The notes under the pieces were generated by a model. The model made no database searches and was not told where the DNA came from. It saw nothing but the letters and a program-made list of their open reading frames with translations. DNA of 64,000 nt from Cetorhinus maximus (Eukaryota): contig NC_135897.1 in NCBI RefSeq assembly GCF_964194155.1, positions 76,322,001-76,386,000 on the forward strand, read 5' to 3'. Positions 63,101 to 64,000 of this stretch are shown here, in pieces; the stretch's first letter is position 1, and every line of letters begins with the position of its first letter. Made by a program: the position numbers and the translations under genes.

Positions 63101-63926
63101 CCTGGAGTTCTGTGCTGCCTTCTCCTGCAATGAGAGAATGCAGAGAGTTCTGAGTGTATTGTGTAGGTGGGTTGTGTGCTGAGGATGGAATGAGAACCCT
63201 TGAGCTGGGTGACCTTGAGAGATCAGTGCAAGAGGACAATAAGACAAGGATGAGTGTGAGTGTTCTCTGTTGAGATGGATATTTGAGACGGTGGCTGGAG
63301 AGAAAGGAATGTGTGGAACCGCAAAGTGTGTCGGCCAGAGGAGCGCTGAGCAGGAGGACGCTGGGGAGGTCAGAGAATGATGGACATCACCTGAAACTGG
63401 TATAACAGTCACCTTTCCAGACTTAATGAAATCATTACATCTTTTCCAACAGTGAATCCTGGTCCTGGGCACCCACTCCTGCTGCTACACCCTTTGCTAC
63501 TTCCAGCCATGCCTGCTTCTTTTGGCTGACTGGCCTGTTCCTCCCAGCCACAGGGAACTTCTATCCAGCCCCTTCGGCCTGACCTCCAGCGAGGGTTCAG
63601 AGAACCAGGCGGGGGGAGGGGGGGGGGGGGGGGGGGATGGGCAGCCATCCCACATCTTCCTTTCATTCTCTTGCTTTCTGATTGCTTCAGCAGCAACCTT
63701 TCCAGCAGCCATTCAGACCCCTGCTGCGGTGCCTTTAAATAGAGAGCCTTCATTCAGAGAGTGTAGGTTGGAGTTTTTGATTGGCTGGGAAACTTCGAAG
63801 CAGCTTGATAATCCCGTGGCTGAGTTAAGCAGTCATGGTAAAGTCTGCTTCAATTAGCAAAGGGGTCCTGATTGACTACCAGCCTTCCCCCCCTCCACCC
63901 AGGTCAGTTCCGTTAAGATTCTGCCC
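60152..63926 (-). mobile_element. Harbinger element (Myb/SANT remnant) containing a nested LINE
   Basis: TIRs GGGCAGAATTTTAAC (60152) / GTTAAGATTCTGCCC (63926), 14 of 15 match; TSD TAA on both sides; RTRIHCWKRCNDFIKS and QEKAAQNSRERPRTGGG on minus strand. Confidence 0.85.
60198..62945 (+). mobile_element. Non-LTR retrotransposon (EN-RT, clade unassigned) with tRNA-like 5' head, decayed
   Basis: A-box-like TGGTGCATTGG (60208) and B-box GGTTCAAATCC (60272); APE endonuclease remnants (ELSHRLIKQQPDIVILT, GRSDH); RT TALDIKAAFDRVWH...GVPPDSILGP...MFAGD; tail caccaccaccttctcaagggcaatt. Confidence 0.85.
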
Positions 63927-64000
63927 TAAGTTGCTAGCAACAGAAAGTTGTTAATGTACAGAAAGTCCTTTGAATGAAAAACTTTCACCCCACGATATGC

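Overview
Vertebrate nuclear DNA, most likely a cartilaginous fish (shark/ray) judging by its repeat content; this taxon call is an inference. The window holds the last three coding exons and 3' UTR of DNER (+), about 44 kb of repeat-rich intergenic DNA, and the promoter and first coding exon (MWQPASERLQ) of PID1 (+) with the start of its first intron. Repeats include PIF/Harbinger DNA transposons (one near-complete, decayed two-gene copy with TIRs and a 3-bp TSD, several Myb/SANT-only derivatives, many MITEs), CR1, L2 and RTE LINE fragments, a LINE with a tRNA-like head plus its SINE derivative, an ERV pol remnant, a probable solo LTR and a 3.2-kb 36-bp minisatellite. The most notable signals are two families of short, probably Penelope-derived elements carrying minimal type I hammerhead ribozyme motifs (two of them as long palindromes with one motif per strand), an unidentified diverged ~400-bp tandem duplication with codon-like substitutions in the PID1 intron, and a forkhead-motif minisatellite next to the PID1 promoter. 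Most ORFs in the supplied track are spurious or transposon-derived. Repeat boundaries were read by eye and are approximate unless a TIR/TSD is quoted.
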